This document shows, piece by piece, positions 26,601 to 37,600 of a DNA stretch of 64,000 bases. This DNA is from Octopus sinensis (Eukaryota). How positions within the stretch are numbered: position 1 is the first letter of the stretch; each line of letters opens with the position of its first letter. Under the pieces are notes generated by a model, which saw only the letters and a list, made by a program, of their open reading frames with translations, did not search any database and had not been told where the DNA came from. Both the position numbers and the translations under genes were made by a program. The DNA lies in NCBI RefSeq assembly GCF_006345805.1, contig NC_042999.1, positions 70,432,001 to 70,496,000 of the forward strand, written 5' to 3'.

Positions 26601-29600
26601 AATTTAACATGAGTAAAAGCAAGAAAGTATTTACATTTTCATCAAAATATGCTACTGGCTTCAGTCACTTAAAAAGATGATTTAGTCATGCTGAAATAAA
26701 TGAATAAAAATTTCATTATATCAGGTTCTGGAAGTTCACATGTTTTCCTTACAAAAATTACATTGTGCTGTTTCATTTCCTTCTGATTGTTGCTGGGTCA
26801 TAGTGGTAGCAGCAGCAGTAGGAGACTCCTGATATTGTCCTTTTATCAGGTCATCCCATAAGTTCTGGCCGATTTTACCTTTTTTTTTAAATTGAATGAA
26901 ATTTAATAGTATTTTAGAATGTTTAATGGAATTAAAAATTATTTTTATGCATTTGTATACATTTAAACTAATTAAATATTATTTTACAGAATAATAGATT
27001 AAAAATTTCTTTGATTAAAACCCTTTCTAACATGGAAGTATCCAAAGAGTATTTGAGGCGCATAATGCTTTATGAGTACAAAAAAAGGAAACTCTGCAGC
27101 CAAAGCAACTTGAAACATACACTCAGTTTATGGGAAAGAATGCTTGAATGAAAGAACTTGCAAAATTCAGTAGTGGAGATTTCAGCCTTGAAGATGAAGA
27201 TCGAACAGGACGTCCAGTTGATGATAAGCTCCTTGAGGCATTACTTGAAGAAAATCCTGGATTATCAGTTGAAGAATTGGCAATAAAGCTTAGTTCAAAC
27301 CATACAACTGTTCATCATCATCTTCAACAACTTTGAAAGGTTCCTAAACTTGGAAAATGGGTGCCTCATGAATTGTCCAAAAGCAACTGCAAATCCCAAG
27401 TTGAAATCTGCTCTTCTCTCCATTCTTGTGAACTCATTTCACCCTTTTTGGATAGACTTGTGACTGGTGACTGAAAATGGATCTTCTATGGAAATGTTAA
27501 ACATCATAAACAGTGGCTTGGTAAAAGGAAAAAGAAGTTCAACCACAACCAAGAAGGGAACTTCATGGGAAAAAGGTTCTTCTCTCTATCTGGTGGGATT
27601 GCAAAGGAGTAATTCACTTTGAATTGTTACCACCTAATTCAACAATCAATGCTCAAGTCTACTGTCAGCAATTAGAGTGTTTGAACCAAGCTTTAAAGAA
27701 AAGAAGACCTGCTTTAGTGAATCGAAAAGGATGGTGTTTCATCAGGACAATGCGCGACCCCACACTGCAAAGATCCCATCACAGAAGATCGAAGAGATTA
27801 GTCGGGAAAAAATTCCTCATCCACCTTATTCTCCCAACCTTGCTCCTTCAAACTACCATTTGTTTTGTAGTTTACAGAATCATTTGGGGTACATAACTTT
27901 CGCAAGTCAGGAGGAGGTTGAAATTGACATTTCAGAGTTGGCTTTGAAACCAAGAGTTTTACATTGATGGGATTAAAAAGCTTGTAAATAGATGGAAGGA
28001 AGTCATAGATAATCAGGGAAAGTACATTGATTAAATTTCCATTAACTATAACATTTGATCACTTGTTTTACTTTATTCAAAATTTGGACAGAACTTATGG
28101 GATGACTTGATAATACAGTAAGTCCTTAAGAGATGTTATCTCAGGACAAATACTGTAGTAACTAGCCTTTCAACAGTGTTTATATATTAAGTACGATACC
28201 TAAATGGCTACTTTAATTAAATACTGCCTCAACCTGTTATACTGTTCTTTTTTTTTTTTTACTTCATCTTCACATTTAAAAAAAATTTTTGTCTTACTTA
28301 AACACACTTGTTCTTAGAAGAAATTGTTTTAGTAATCTACATTTTGTCTTCTGATTTTACTGATTTACATATTAAATGAAAATATTGAAGTGTATTGTTA
28401 CAATAAAACTATGATTTTGGGGGACTATTAATATCATTTTTGAGATGAAAAGACTTTCAAAACATACACTATATGTTTCCATCAGTTTGATCGTCAACGA
28501 AAAATAATTCAGATATAAATATTAAACATTTTCTATTTCTAAAGAAGTTTACAGTTCAAAAACATTATAACCATATTAATACCAACTCATTTATGATATA
28601 TATACATTTACTGTCACTTGAAGTTGTATTTTTATGTATTTATCATTGTTTCTTTGTTAACATTCAGGAATGTCTTTCCATGACCTCTACCAGCGTTGCC
28701 GAGAATCATTTTTAGTAAACAATGATATTGCTTTGCGATCACAGTTGACAGAGTTCAGAGACCATAAGCTGATTAAATCTAAGAAGGTAAAATTTAATTC
28801 TTTACATTTTATATTTGGAAATTGGTCATGCTCAATATGCAGTAAAGGTTATAGATAGTAACTCTATAACTATGAACCCAGTACAAGCAATGGGTACACA
28901 AAAGATGACATAGAATCTCAGGCAGACTGACAGAGGGGAATTCCATATGTAATAAATGCATGGGAGTAGCTTATAATAAGGGCATACAAGAACAGATGTC
29001 TCTCAATTGCTCTGAAGACTTCTTAGAAGTAGTTGGTAGTTCCTGTTACCTAGGTGACCAATCAGTGTTGGAGGTGGGTGTCACAAAAGAATACCATGCA
29101 ATTCCGTTGTAGCAAGACATGGGCTCTGAATTTCGAGAATATGTGAAGACTGGAAAGAAATGTAGTGATAAGCTATATGAAGATGACAAATGGAGAAACA
29201 TATTTTATTTTTATGTCTGCTTTTCTTGCCAGCACAGGTTCAAATGGTGTGTTATAGTTCAATACGTTCTCATTTAAAGTTACTGCCCTCCAGATATTTT
29301 AATTTAGGTTTGGTTTCCTAATGCCAATCATTAAAGAGTGTACTAGGTGCATTTTATTGTGGTACCAACACTAGAGAGGTTTCTATGTCCTCAACAGACC
29401 AAATGCTCTCAACATTATGTTGGTTCTGTTTGTTTGCCACCTACTTATCCAGATGTTTAAACTGTGAAGGTCCAGAAAGTCGACCTCGACGGAATTTAAA
29501 CACCGAATGTAAAGACCGATGAAATATCACTATGCATTTTATTCAGTATGCTAACGATTCTGCTAGCTTACTGCCTCAAAGTCCAGAAATATTAGTTTTA

Positions 29601-31347
29601 GATTTTGGCACAAGGCCAACATGTTTGCTGGAGGGGATAAGTTGCTGTAATCAACCCCTAGGGCACAACTGACACTTATTTTATCAACACCAAAAAGATG
29701 AAAGGAAAAGTCAACCCCAGCAGAATTTGAACTCACAACATAAAGACAGACAAAATAGTTAAGGATTTTGCCCAGCATGCTCACAATTCTGCCATTTTCC
29801 ACCTTAAGGTCCAGAAATATTAGTTTCAAATTTTGGCATAAGGCCAGCAATTTTGGGGAGGTGGACCCTGAAAGGATGAAAGGTAAAATTGACCGTGGCA
29901 GAATTTGAACCCACAACATAACAATGGGCAAAATGCCACTAAGCATTTTGCCCAGTGTGCTAATGATTCTGCCAGCCCACCACCTTAAGGTTCAGAAATA
30001 TTGATAGCAACTTTATCATACTAAACAAACTGAAGGACTGAAATGTAAATATAGAAATCTTTCAATTAGAACACAATCAGGTTTCCATGTCGATGCAGGT
30101 ATGTGTAGATAAGTTCACTTTTCAATGGTTCCATGTTTAATCCTATTACATGGTTCCTATGGTCTTTTACCAGCATATATTTTGTGAGTGAAACTAGGTA
30201 GAAGGAAACTGCATAGGATGGACCTGCATTGTTATTGATTGTTGGATCTAGCCCATCATTTGTTTAGCATGGCCACTCAATCTTGGTTACCTTCAGCAAA
30301 GTGCATTAGCACCTGAGCAGTTATATTGTTATGTAGTCATAGTCAGCCACATAGTCTGTTGAGCAATTGAGTGTGCACTATAGAGCCAATTCTTGCAATA
30401 TATTACACGCCTCTACCTGGTTGTTGTGGTTTAGCCTCACCAAATCATCTTGATCAAGCAGATCTATGATTGAAAGTGGCCCAAGTCTAACCATTTCATC
30501 TGTTTGTATATCAAGGCTACTTTGTTTAAAATGTTCTCTTCCTTTAAGATACGAGGATGAGATTTGAAAGAGACTTTGGCTACTGTTTCTAGCAGGTCAA
30601 ACGACCACATAGAAGTAGAGACTCAGTAGTACCAAGAAAAGAACCATTACATTTTACTCAACCTGCTAGAAACAACAGCCAAATTTCCTGTTGTATTACT
30701 GTCTTAAAAATAACTCAATATTTACGTCTCAATCTTTTAGTTTATGTAGTAGTCTAGAGAGTAACATTAACAGTCACTAACTTCTTTATGCTCTATTGTA
30801 AATAAAAGAAACCTTATCATCACCATTTAACGTCTGTTTTCCATGCTGGCATGGGTTAGACAATTTGACTGCAACTGGTAAGCCAGAGAGCTGCACCAGG
30901 CTCCAGTTGTCTGTTTTGGCTTGGTTTCTACAGCTGAATACCCTTCATAACATCAACTACTTTACAATGTACTGAGTGTTTTTTATGTGTCCCTGGTATT
31001 GGCAAAGACCACGTATGTGGTATATTATGAATTTAGTGTTAGTGTAGTAGCTTAAATCTTTAGCATATTATATAATATTGATTGTAAATTATTTTAATTG
31101 TGACTTTTATTCATATTGGCATTTTGTTTTGAATACACTTAAATCTGAATTGTAGACTGGGAAATAATCACAGAATTGTGTAGTAGAAATACTTGTCTCA
31201 AGTATTCAAACCAAATACTGAACCAATCAAATACAACTAATTTGTTCAAATTATTTGTTTCAGGCTGCAGATGGCATAGAACATCTCGTCATCCAACTTG
31301 ATACATCCACATTGAAAGATTATTTTGAGACAGAAGAGGCATCATAA
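5567..31347 (+). CDS. ORC2: Origin recognition complex subunit 2, 14 coding exons, 1797 nt CDS (about 598 aa)
   Basis: Exons 5567-5690, 6649-6774, 7687-7773, 8418-8489, 11831-11902, 13429-13515, 14251-14459, 16048-16253, 17699-17831, 18640-18733, 21531-21677, 22874-23110, 28668-28786, 31264-31347. All GT-AG and phase-consistent. ORC2 motifs: [53 protein letters not shown]. Confidence 0.96.
6649..6774 (+). CDS. ORC2: ORC2 coding exon 2
   Basis: ttgcag| acceptor, G|gtatga donor, phase 1-1, open frame [18 protein letters not shown]. Confidence 0.8.
7687..7773 (+). CDS. ORC2: ORC2 coding exon 3
   Basis: [28 protein letters not shown]; aag| acceptor after a T-rich tract; G|gtaaat donor. Confidence 0.85.
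8150..8250 (+). mobile_element. Small Gypsy pol (RNase H C-terminus) relic
   Basis: Translates [22 protein letters not shown], similar to the FDYEIxYxxGxxNxxADALSRL motif. Confidence 0.5.
8418..8489 (+). CDS. ORC2: ORC2 coding exon 4 (72 nt, paralogous to exon 5)
   Basis: ttttcag| acceptor, G|gtaatt donor; [23 protein letters not shown]. Confidence 0.8.
9738..10530 (-). mobile_element. Old degenerate RTE LINE fragment
   Basis: (CAT)n tail and sequence resembling the RTE RT C-terminus at 59100-59600. Confidence 0.55.
11831..11902 (+). CDS. ORC2: ORC2 coding exon 5 (72 nt, paralogous to exon 4)
   Basis: tttcttcag| acceptor, G|gtaaga donor; [23 protein letters not shown]. Confidence 0.8.
13429..13515 (+). 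CDS. ORC2: ORC2 coding exon 6
   Basis: [28 protein letters not shown]; G|gtaagt donor. Confidence 0.85.
13684..13903. mobile_element. piggyBac-type MITE; family also at 34115-34300, 37255-37473 and partially at 16447-16623
   Basis: Shared ~220-bp body. The 37255-37473 copy reads TTAA|CCCTTTAG...CTAAAAGG|TTAA. Confidence 0.75.
14251..14459 (+). CDS. ORC2: ORC2 coding exon 7
   Basis: ttttttacag| acceptor; acidic Ser-rich [22 protein letters not shown]; |gtatgt donor. Confidence 0.85.
15668..15965 (+). mobile_element. tRNA-headed SINE family A
   Basis: Same head and body as the full-length copy at 52395-52815. Other copies near 11977, 15001, 19211, 37527 and 41100. Confidence 0.8.
16048..16253 (+). 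CDS. ORC2: ORC2 coding exon 8
   Basis: [33 protein letters not shown]. Confidence 0.95.
17176..17466 (-). mobile_element. Tc1-like transposon 5' fragment
   Basis: CAGGTGTTGGACAAAATAATGGAAACACC terminal repeat; N-terminal [28 protein letters not shown]. Confidence 0.8.
17699..17831 (+). CDS. ORC2: ORC2 coding exon 9
   Basis: [34 protein letters not shown]. Confidence 0.95.
18640..18733 (+). CDS. ORC2: ORC2 coding exon 10
   Basis: [31 protein letters not shown]. Confidence 0.92.
21057..21287 (+). mobile_element. Tc1/mariner-derived MITE
   Basis: TA|CAGGGTTGGCCAAAAGTCAC...GTGACTTTTGGCCAACCCCG|TA; internal remnant [12 protein letters not shown] resembles a transposase C-terminus. Confidence 0.85.
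21531..21677 (+). CDS. ORC2: ORC2 coding exon 11
   Basis: [27 protein letters not shown]. Confidence 0.95.
22874..23110 (+). CDS. ORC2: ORC2 coding exon 12
   Basis: [42 protein letters not shown]. Confidence 0.95.
23148..23915 (+). mobile_element. mariner transposon 3' half, inactive
   Basis: WV(P)[30 protein letters not shown]; 3' terminal repeat TTATTTATGGGATGACCCAA|TA. Confidence 0.88.
24574..25519 (+). mobile_element. Internally deleted mariner with a small RTE-tail insertion at about 24634-24696
   Basis: Terminal repeats CTGAAAAGTTCATAGG / CCTATGAATTTTTCAG; [37 protein letters not shown]. Confidence 0.88.
25821..26012. mobile_element. Second piggyBac-type MITE family; also at about 40019-40231
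   Basis: TTAA(C/T)CCTTT start and a shared ~200-bp body between the two copies. Confidence 0.55.
26190..26590 (+). mobile_element. Gypsy LTR-retrotransposon pol fragment (RNase H end to integrase zinc-binding domain)
   Basis: [46 protein letters not shown]. Confidence 0.8.
26846..28110 (+). mobile_element. Near full-length mariner (1265 bp), inactive transposase
   Basis: TA|TCAGGTCATCCCATAAGTTCTG...CAGAACTTATGGGATGACTTGA|TA; ATG at about 27032; [28 protein letters not shown]; stops and frameshifts. Confidence 0.93.
28668..28786 (+). CDS. ORC2: ORC2 coding exon 13
   Basis: [40 protein letters not shown] (winged-helix region). Confidence 0.95.
29467..30001 (-). mobile_element. Three tandem SINE family B copies
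   Basis: Three minus-strand units with a GCTGGCAGAA..GAGTTCAAATTC head, separated by AAGGTCCAGAAA. Confidence 0.8.
31264..31347 (+). CDS. ORC2: ORC2 terminal coding exon 14
   Basis: [27 protein letters not shown]. Confidence 0.92.
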   Translation, partial: AADGIEHLVIQLDTSTLKDYFETEEAS

Positions 31348-31475
31348 AATTGGATGGGGGCCATCCAGTAATTACTTTACAACTGAAGGTTATTTGAAAT
31401 TTCCACTGTTGTTCAGAAAAAGAATTAAAGAATTTTGTAAGATAGACCATTTTATTTATATATCTATTTTGAAAG

Positions 31476-31499
31476 AATAAAGTGTATTTTAAAAATAAA
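31476..31499 (+). terminator. Candidate ORC2 polyadenylation signals
   Basis: AATAAA at 31476-31481 and 31494-31499, about 130-150 nt after the stop codon. Confidence 0.55.
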
Positions 31500-31849
31500 A
31501 TATTTGTAGTTGCAAACAATGATTTAAATCAGTCATGTCAAATTATTTGAGGTTATCAAATATTAAACTGATCCTTGATAAATGAGATTTTAGAATCATT
31601 TTTCCACACTTGTGTGAATTAATTGATTTTACAAATACAGTCATTTATACAATAACCTAGCAGGTATCTTTACTACTAGCGCTATCTTCAGAGCTTTGAC
31701 CATCTTAGTTAGGTAGAGAAACTTACAAAAAGAACATTAAATGAAGCAGTTGTTATTTATTATACACAAGTCATCTTCTTAGTTTTTCTTGTCTCTTTTC
31801 AAGACATCATCACCCCATTCCTGTTTAATCATGAGCAGCACTCAGCTAG

Positions 31850-32438
31850 TGCCCTCAATATTGTATCACCTGTTGGATTTCACTTGATGAAACCACATTG
31901 CATTGCAATAGCTGGCCCTTCTCTTCAGTAGCAAAAGGTTCTTCAACCCACGACAATTAATGATATTCTATAAAGCTTGGATGAGGCTCACTACAGAATA
32001 TTGTTCTCACATCTTGGACAGTGCTACTGCTGCTGCACATAGACCCTTTTGACTGTATCCACAAAAGGCTGCTCAACTGATTAGCATTAAGTCACTAAGA
32101 TATGTTTCAACCTCTGGCCCACAAGTACCTGTCTCTTCAGACACTGCTTTTTCTACTGTTACTATAATGGCATCTATACCTCAAAGCTGGCTGCACTCAT
32201 GCCACCTCTACTCAGGCATTCATGTCCCATTCATCTCCAATTTATCAGACCCTGCACTACTCCAAATCCTCCCTTTCCAGAACATTCACTCTCTGAAATT
32301 TCCTCCATGCTCATATCTTTCCCATGATTGTTCATTTACAAAGGTTTAGGAGGAACATAAATTGCAACAATCTCACTGATCTTAGAGAATCTGCAAAAGC
32401 CAAGGACTGATCTCTCCACATCCAACAAATAAAAAAAA
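31850..32438 (+). mobile_element. Jockey/CR1-group LINE 3' fragment with A-rich tail
   Basis: SKRFFNPRQLMIFYKAWMRLTTEYCSHI, similar to LYKAQIRPxMEYCSHIW; ends AATAAAAAAAA. Confidence 0.65.
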
Positions 32439-32529
32439 GTCATTAAAGCAGAGTAGCACTGTTTTTATTTAGTTTTTCTAAGTAAATATATTAAATTAGT
32501 ATTATTGGTGTTTGAGAAAACTATTTGGT

Positions 32530-33462
32530 ATTGAGTTACATTGCTTTAAATTCTGACCTTAATATCTTCTGAAGTTAACTTTGTTTTTAGCCCTATAGGG
32601 CTGATAAAATAAAGTACCAGTGAAATACTTGGGTCAGTTTAATTAACTATATCCCATCCACCCCATCTTTATGGTCTTGTGCCTATATTATTATTATTAT
32701 CAATAATAATAATAATCCTTTCTACTAAAGGCACAAGGCCTGATATTTGTGGAGAGGAGACTAGTTGATTACATTGACCCCAGTGTTTCACTGATACTTA
32801 ATTTATCAACCCCAAAAGGATGACAGGCAAAGTTGACCTTGGTGGAATTTGAACTCAGAACATAAAAACTGATGAAATGCTGCTAAGCATTATGCCTGGT
32901 ATGCTAATGATTGTGCCAGCTCACTGCCTTAATAATAATAATAATCCTTTCAACTATAGGCACAAGGCCTGAAATTTGTGACCCCAGTGTTTCACTGGTA
33001 TTTAATTTATTGACCCTGAAAGGATGAAAGGCAAAGTCAACCTTGGTGGAATTTGAACTGAGAATGCAGCGATGGGTGAAAAACTAAGCATTTTATCCAG
33101 TGTACTAACGATTCTGCTAGCTCGCCACCTTAATAGTAGTAGTAGTAGTAATGAGGTGAACTGGCAGAAATGAGTGTCAGAAGTAATACTACAAAGCATT
33201 TTGCCCACTGTGCTAATGATTCTGCCAGTTTGCTGCCTTAATAATAATAATAATCCTTTCTACTAAAGGCACAAGGCCTAAAATTTTAGGGGAGGTGATT
33301 AGTCGATTACATTGACCCCAGTTCTCAACTGGTACTTACTTTATTGACTATGAAAGGCAAAGTTGACCATGGCAGGATTGGAACTCAGAAAGTATAACTG
33401 AAAGAAATGCTGTTAAGCATTTTGTCTGGCATGTTAACGATTCTTCCAGCTTGCCGTCTTAA
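32530..33462. mobile_element. Cluster of SINE family B copies joined by (AAT)n/(TAG)n tracts
   Basis: Three minus-strand units starting (aat)nCCTTTC(T/A)ACTA..GGCACAAGGCC plus partial copies. Confidence 0.82.
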
Positions 33463-34389
33463 CCATTATTAATATTGGCACTGATACATCACTAAGACCA
33501 CATTTCTGGTAATTTCTATTAATTCTCCACAAGAATTTTCCTAACTGAAGTTGGTGGACCAGGATCCAGGATCCTAGGGTAAAGCCAGAACTTTCCCCCA
33601 CAAATGTAGAGGTATATATCAAATGAGAACTTTAATATATTTTCAATCAGCTGAGTTCGAATGTTCTTTCAACTATTAGTATCTGAAATTGTTAGACTAA
33701 AGTTCTCTGCATATTTTCTCTCCCTTTTATCCATTATCTATACAGATAATGGATATTATCTATTTAGCATAGTTTAGTTCTGATTGAACAAACTTTTGAT
33801 TGATGATGATCATAGCCATGATCATCTTATCAGGGTGTTGTGAACTACATTATCCAAAGTGCCCTTTGAGAGATCTAGCTATTTCTAGTTGGTAGAAAAT
33901 CTCAAAGAGACTCTCTTACTGATATGATTAACTAAAAACCCTTGCAGGTGATACCCAATATACCAGCAGTTCAGTGGCTGAAACCAGTAAAGGAATTGAG
34001 AATTGAAGTAATTCTCATGAAGTTTGGTGTGCTTAGCAAAGAAATATATCTTAGAGTTAAAAAAATAATTTAATCTTAAATAATTACTAACTGAAGAAGC
34101 AATCATTTAACTAAGCTTTTAGCATTTAAACCAGCTACATCCAGCCCAAATATTCAATTGTTTCGTGTTCAAACTACCCAGATCCAGCCTCTCACACCTA
34201 CCCTACAATGTCATTCTAAAAATACAAAAATTACATCGTCCAAAATTTTGAAAAAATTATGCATGATTAATTCAAAACAAGTTGTTTGAATGCTAAAGAG
34301 TTAAAAATATTCCAAACTTAATTTTGTCATCAATACATACAAATGTTGAGTTTTAAATGACATGAAAAAAAAATTTATAATTACAAGTA

Positions 34390-34416
34390 TTTATTTTACA
34401 ATCATTAGCATTTATT
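34390..34416 (-). terminator. Candidate KGD4 polyadenylation signals
   Basis: AATAAA on the minus strand at 34411-34416 and 34390-34395, about 200 nt after the stop codon. Confidence 0.45.
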
Positions 34417-34612
34417 AAAATTAAATGCTGTGATTTTTCAATACTTTTATGTTCCAAATAAACCTCTCGGAACTATTAAAACTTGTTTGACAATATGAGA
34501 GTTTTTCTTTTCATTTTTTTTTTTGTCTAAATCATGGTTATAAGGTCCTTGAGCTTTTATAATAAATAAACAACACTAGCATTCTGGCTGTAACTTTCTG
34601 GAGATAAATCCA

Positions 34613-34630
34613 TTAGGCTGGGCCTCCTCT
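34613..34630 (-). CDS. MRPS36: KGD4 last coding exon (RGGPA*)
   Basis: tgtttttcag|AGAGGAGGCCCAGCCTAA. Confidence 0.9.
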   Translation of the reverse strand, partial: RGGPA

Positions 34631-37600
34631 CTGAAAAACAAGAAGTAGAAATTAAGACTTCATCATCATTGTTTAATGTCCACTCTCCATGTTGGTGTGG
34701 GCTGGATGGTCTGACCTGGAGTTGGCTAGCAGGGAGCTGTTCAGACTCCAACTGTTTGTTGTGGTATGGTTTCTATAGCTAGATTATTATTATTATTTAT
34801 TATATAATAAACATTTAAAAATATTCGGCCAAACGACACCTTCAGTGAGGAGATGGAGGAGAACAGGAAGGAGAGATAGGTGTGTGTAGACAGCTGTAGC
34901 TTACAATACACATACACACCTACACATTTATGTATTTCAGGTATAACACACAGTCTAGCTCTGGTTGTTTAAACATATTAAGAAATAAAAAGTAGAGTAT
35001 TATAAATGTTAAGAGGAAGATATTTAATGTATCACGAGTAAGGGAACCTAGTAAATCTTTAGATATATATTATTGAAAAGAAAAAAGTGTTTGTGCTGCT
35101 GTCACATTAAAAGCACCCAGCACACACTGTAAATGGTTGGCATTAAGAAAGGTATCCAGCAGTAGAAACCAAGCCTAATTAGACTGGAACTTGGTGCAGC
35201 TCTCCTACAGGCAAGCTCTGCTCAAACCATCCAGCCCATGCCAGCATGGAAAACGGATGTTAAAGGAAGATGATGTAATGTCATTATTGTATCTGATGAC
35301 AATTTATCTTGAAGTTTATGCTGTTAACAAGAATCATTGATATTCTGTAACCATAACTAGAAAGTTAGATTAACTGCTGGAGTAGCATGACAACCAGATA
35401 AGCACAGTGCTGATGTTATATTTTGGAACTGAAAATGCATTATCTGACTTGGGAAAGGTCTTCCAACTGTAAAAATACCTTCATAAAATAATTAAAATTT
35501 TCAGAACTATCCACAAAATGGCAGAGGACATGCGTAAGACATTAAAAAGTCAAATTCTCTTCTCAAATCCAAGAGGTTATCAGACATTTATTATTGTGTA
35601 ATATTATGTAGTAGACATATAAACAGAGAAAATTTAATTATTTCTTCATAGACTGAAAAAAATAAACAGCTTCAATTGATTTCTGAACCTCATTAGGTTC
35701 TCATCAGATGTCTACACCACTTGGCCAATCCCAAAGAAATAAGTAGCCAGTCTGTTTAAAACACAACAAATACTTTATTTAATATCAGCTGCCTGTCAAC
35801 AGGGATTTCAGTCCATTCAGTAACAAGGTCATCATCATCGTTTAACGTCTGCTTTCCATGCTAGCATGGGTTGGACGGTTCAACTGGGGTCTGGGAAGCC
35901 CAAAGGCTGCACCAGGCCAGTCAGATCTGGCGGTGTTTCTACAGCTGGATACCCTTCCTAATGCCAACCACTCCGTGAGTGTAGTGGGTGCTTTTTATGT
36001 GCCACCGACACAGGTGCCAGACGAGGCTGGCGAACGGCCATGCTCGGATGGTGCTTTTTACGTGCCACCGGTACGGAGGCCAGGCGAGGCTGGCACGGCC
36101 ATGATCGGATGGTTTTTGTTACGTGCCACCAGCACGGAGGCCAGTTGATGTGGTGCTGGCTACGGCCAAGTTCTGATTGTTCTCTTATGTGCTACCGGCA
36201 CTGGTACCACAAACTACAAATTCCATTGATGTAGATCGATTTCGATTTGATTTTTTGATTTTCACTTTCCTCAACAGGTCTTCACAAGTAGAGTTATGTA
36301 TGATATAATATATATAAACCTATATAGATGACACATAAACATAGCAGATTTAACTATTTTTCTGTAGGCTGAAAAAGTGGTGAACCACCTCAATTAATTT
36401 TTGAACTTTAGCAGGTTTTCATCAGGGATCACTTGAGTAATCCCTAAGAAATAAGTAGCCTATTGGTTTATACACACAACAAATCCAGTAGCTTCAAAGA
36501 ACAGGGGCTGCTAATTTGCATACTATAAGTATTTAATCCTTCTTTTAATATCAACAGCTTGTCAACAAGGATTTCAGTCCACACAGTATCAAGGTATGAT
36601 ATAATATTGATTTCAAATTTTAGGAAAAGCTAGTAATTTCAGGGTGGTAGGTAACTTGATTACATTGACCCCAATGCTCAACTGGTTCTTATCTTATTGA
36701 CTCTGAAAAGATGCAAGGCAAAATCAACCTTGGTGGAATTTGAACTCAGAAAGTAAAGACACTGATAAAATGCTACTAAGCATTTTGCTCAGTGTGCATT
36801 CTGCCTGTTTGCCTCCTTAAAGAATGATATTATAAAATATTTGCAAAATATTGTAAAATATCCTGTCAATCAGAAACAATAATACACAATCAAAAGACAC
36901 TTGCCTCAATAAATTCCATTTCCTCAGGTGTAAGAGACTTTCTGTGGTACTTGGCTGGTAAATCTTCCCATTCTAAACTGGTAGCTAAAGTTATGTTTGT
37001 AGATTTGGAAACATTAGGTGAAGCTGATGGTATCATATTTAGTGAAGAAGTAGATTTTACTACCCCTGAAACAGCAATACATATTGTATTAAGTCTAGCA
37101 TAAATTACATTTTCTTATCAGTTATTTGTGAAGGAGTTTACAATCATAAGAAATGTGGTGCTGAAGTATTTAACATCAGCTCAGTTCAGACAACATTAAG
37201 TTATACAAAGAGAAAACAAGATTAAAACCCTTCAGAAAGAAAAGTAAACATTAACCCTTTAGTATTTAAACCAGCCATATCTGGCCCAAATATTCTACAA
37301 ATTTAATGTTCTAACTGGCCAGATCTGGCTTCTAATATCTACCCTACAAGGTTATTTTACAAATAGACAATCACATCATCAAAATATCGAAGCTACAAGA
37401 TAATGCATGATTAATTAAAAACAATGTGAATAAATAAGCGTTACACTTACAGAATAATTTGAATGCTAAAAGGTTAAAGCAGTGATGATGATATTCATCA
37501 TCTAATTAACTAACTTTCTAAAAACTGGCACAGACATGGTTATGTGGGTGAGAAGCTTACTTCCCAACCATGTGGTTTCAAGATTAGTCCCACTGTGTGA

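Noticed and set aside
34815-34850. CTGAAGG-TGTCGTTTGGC-CGAATA on the minus strand as a hammerhead
   Set aside because: Core positions and stem II are too degenerate to support a call from one copy.
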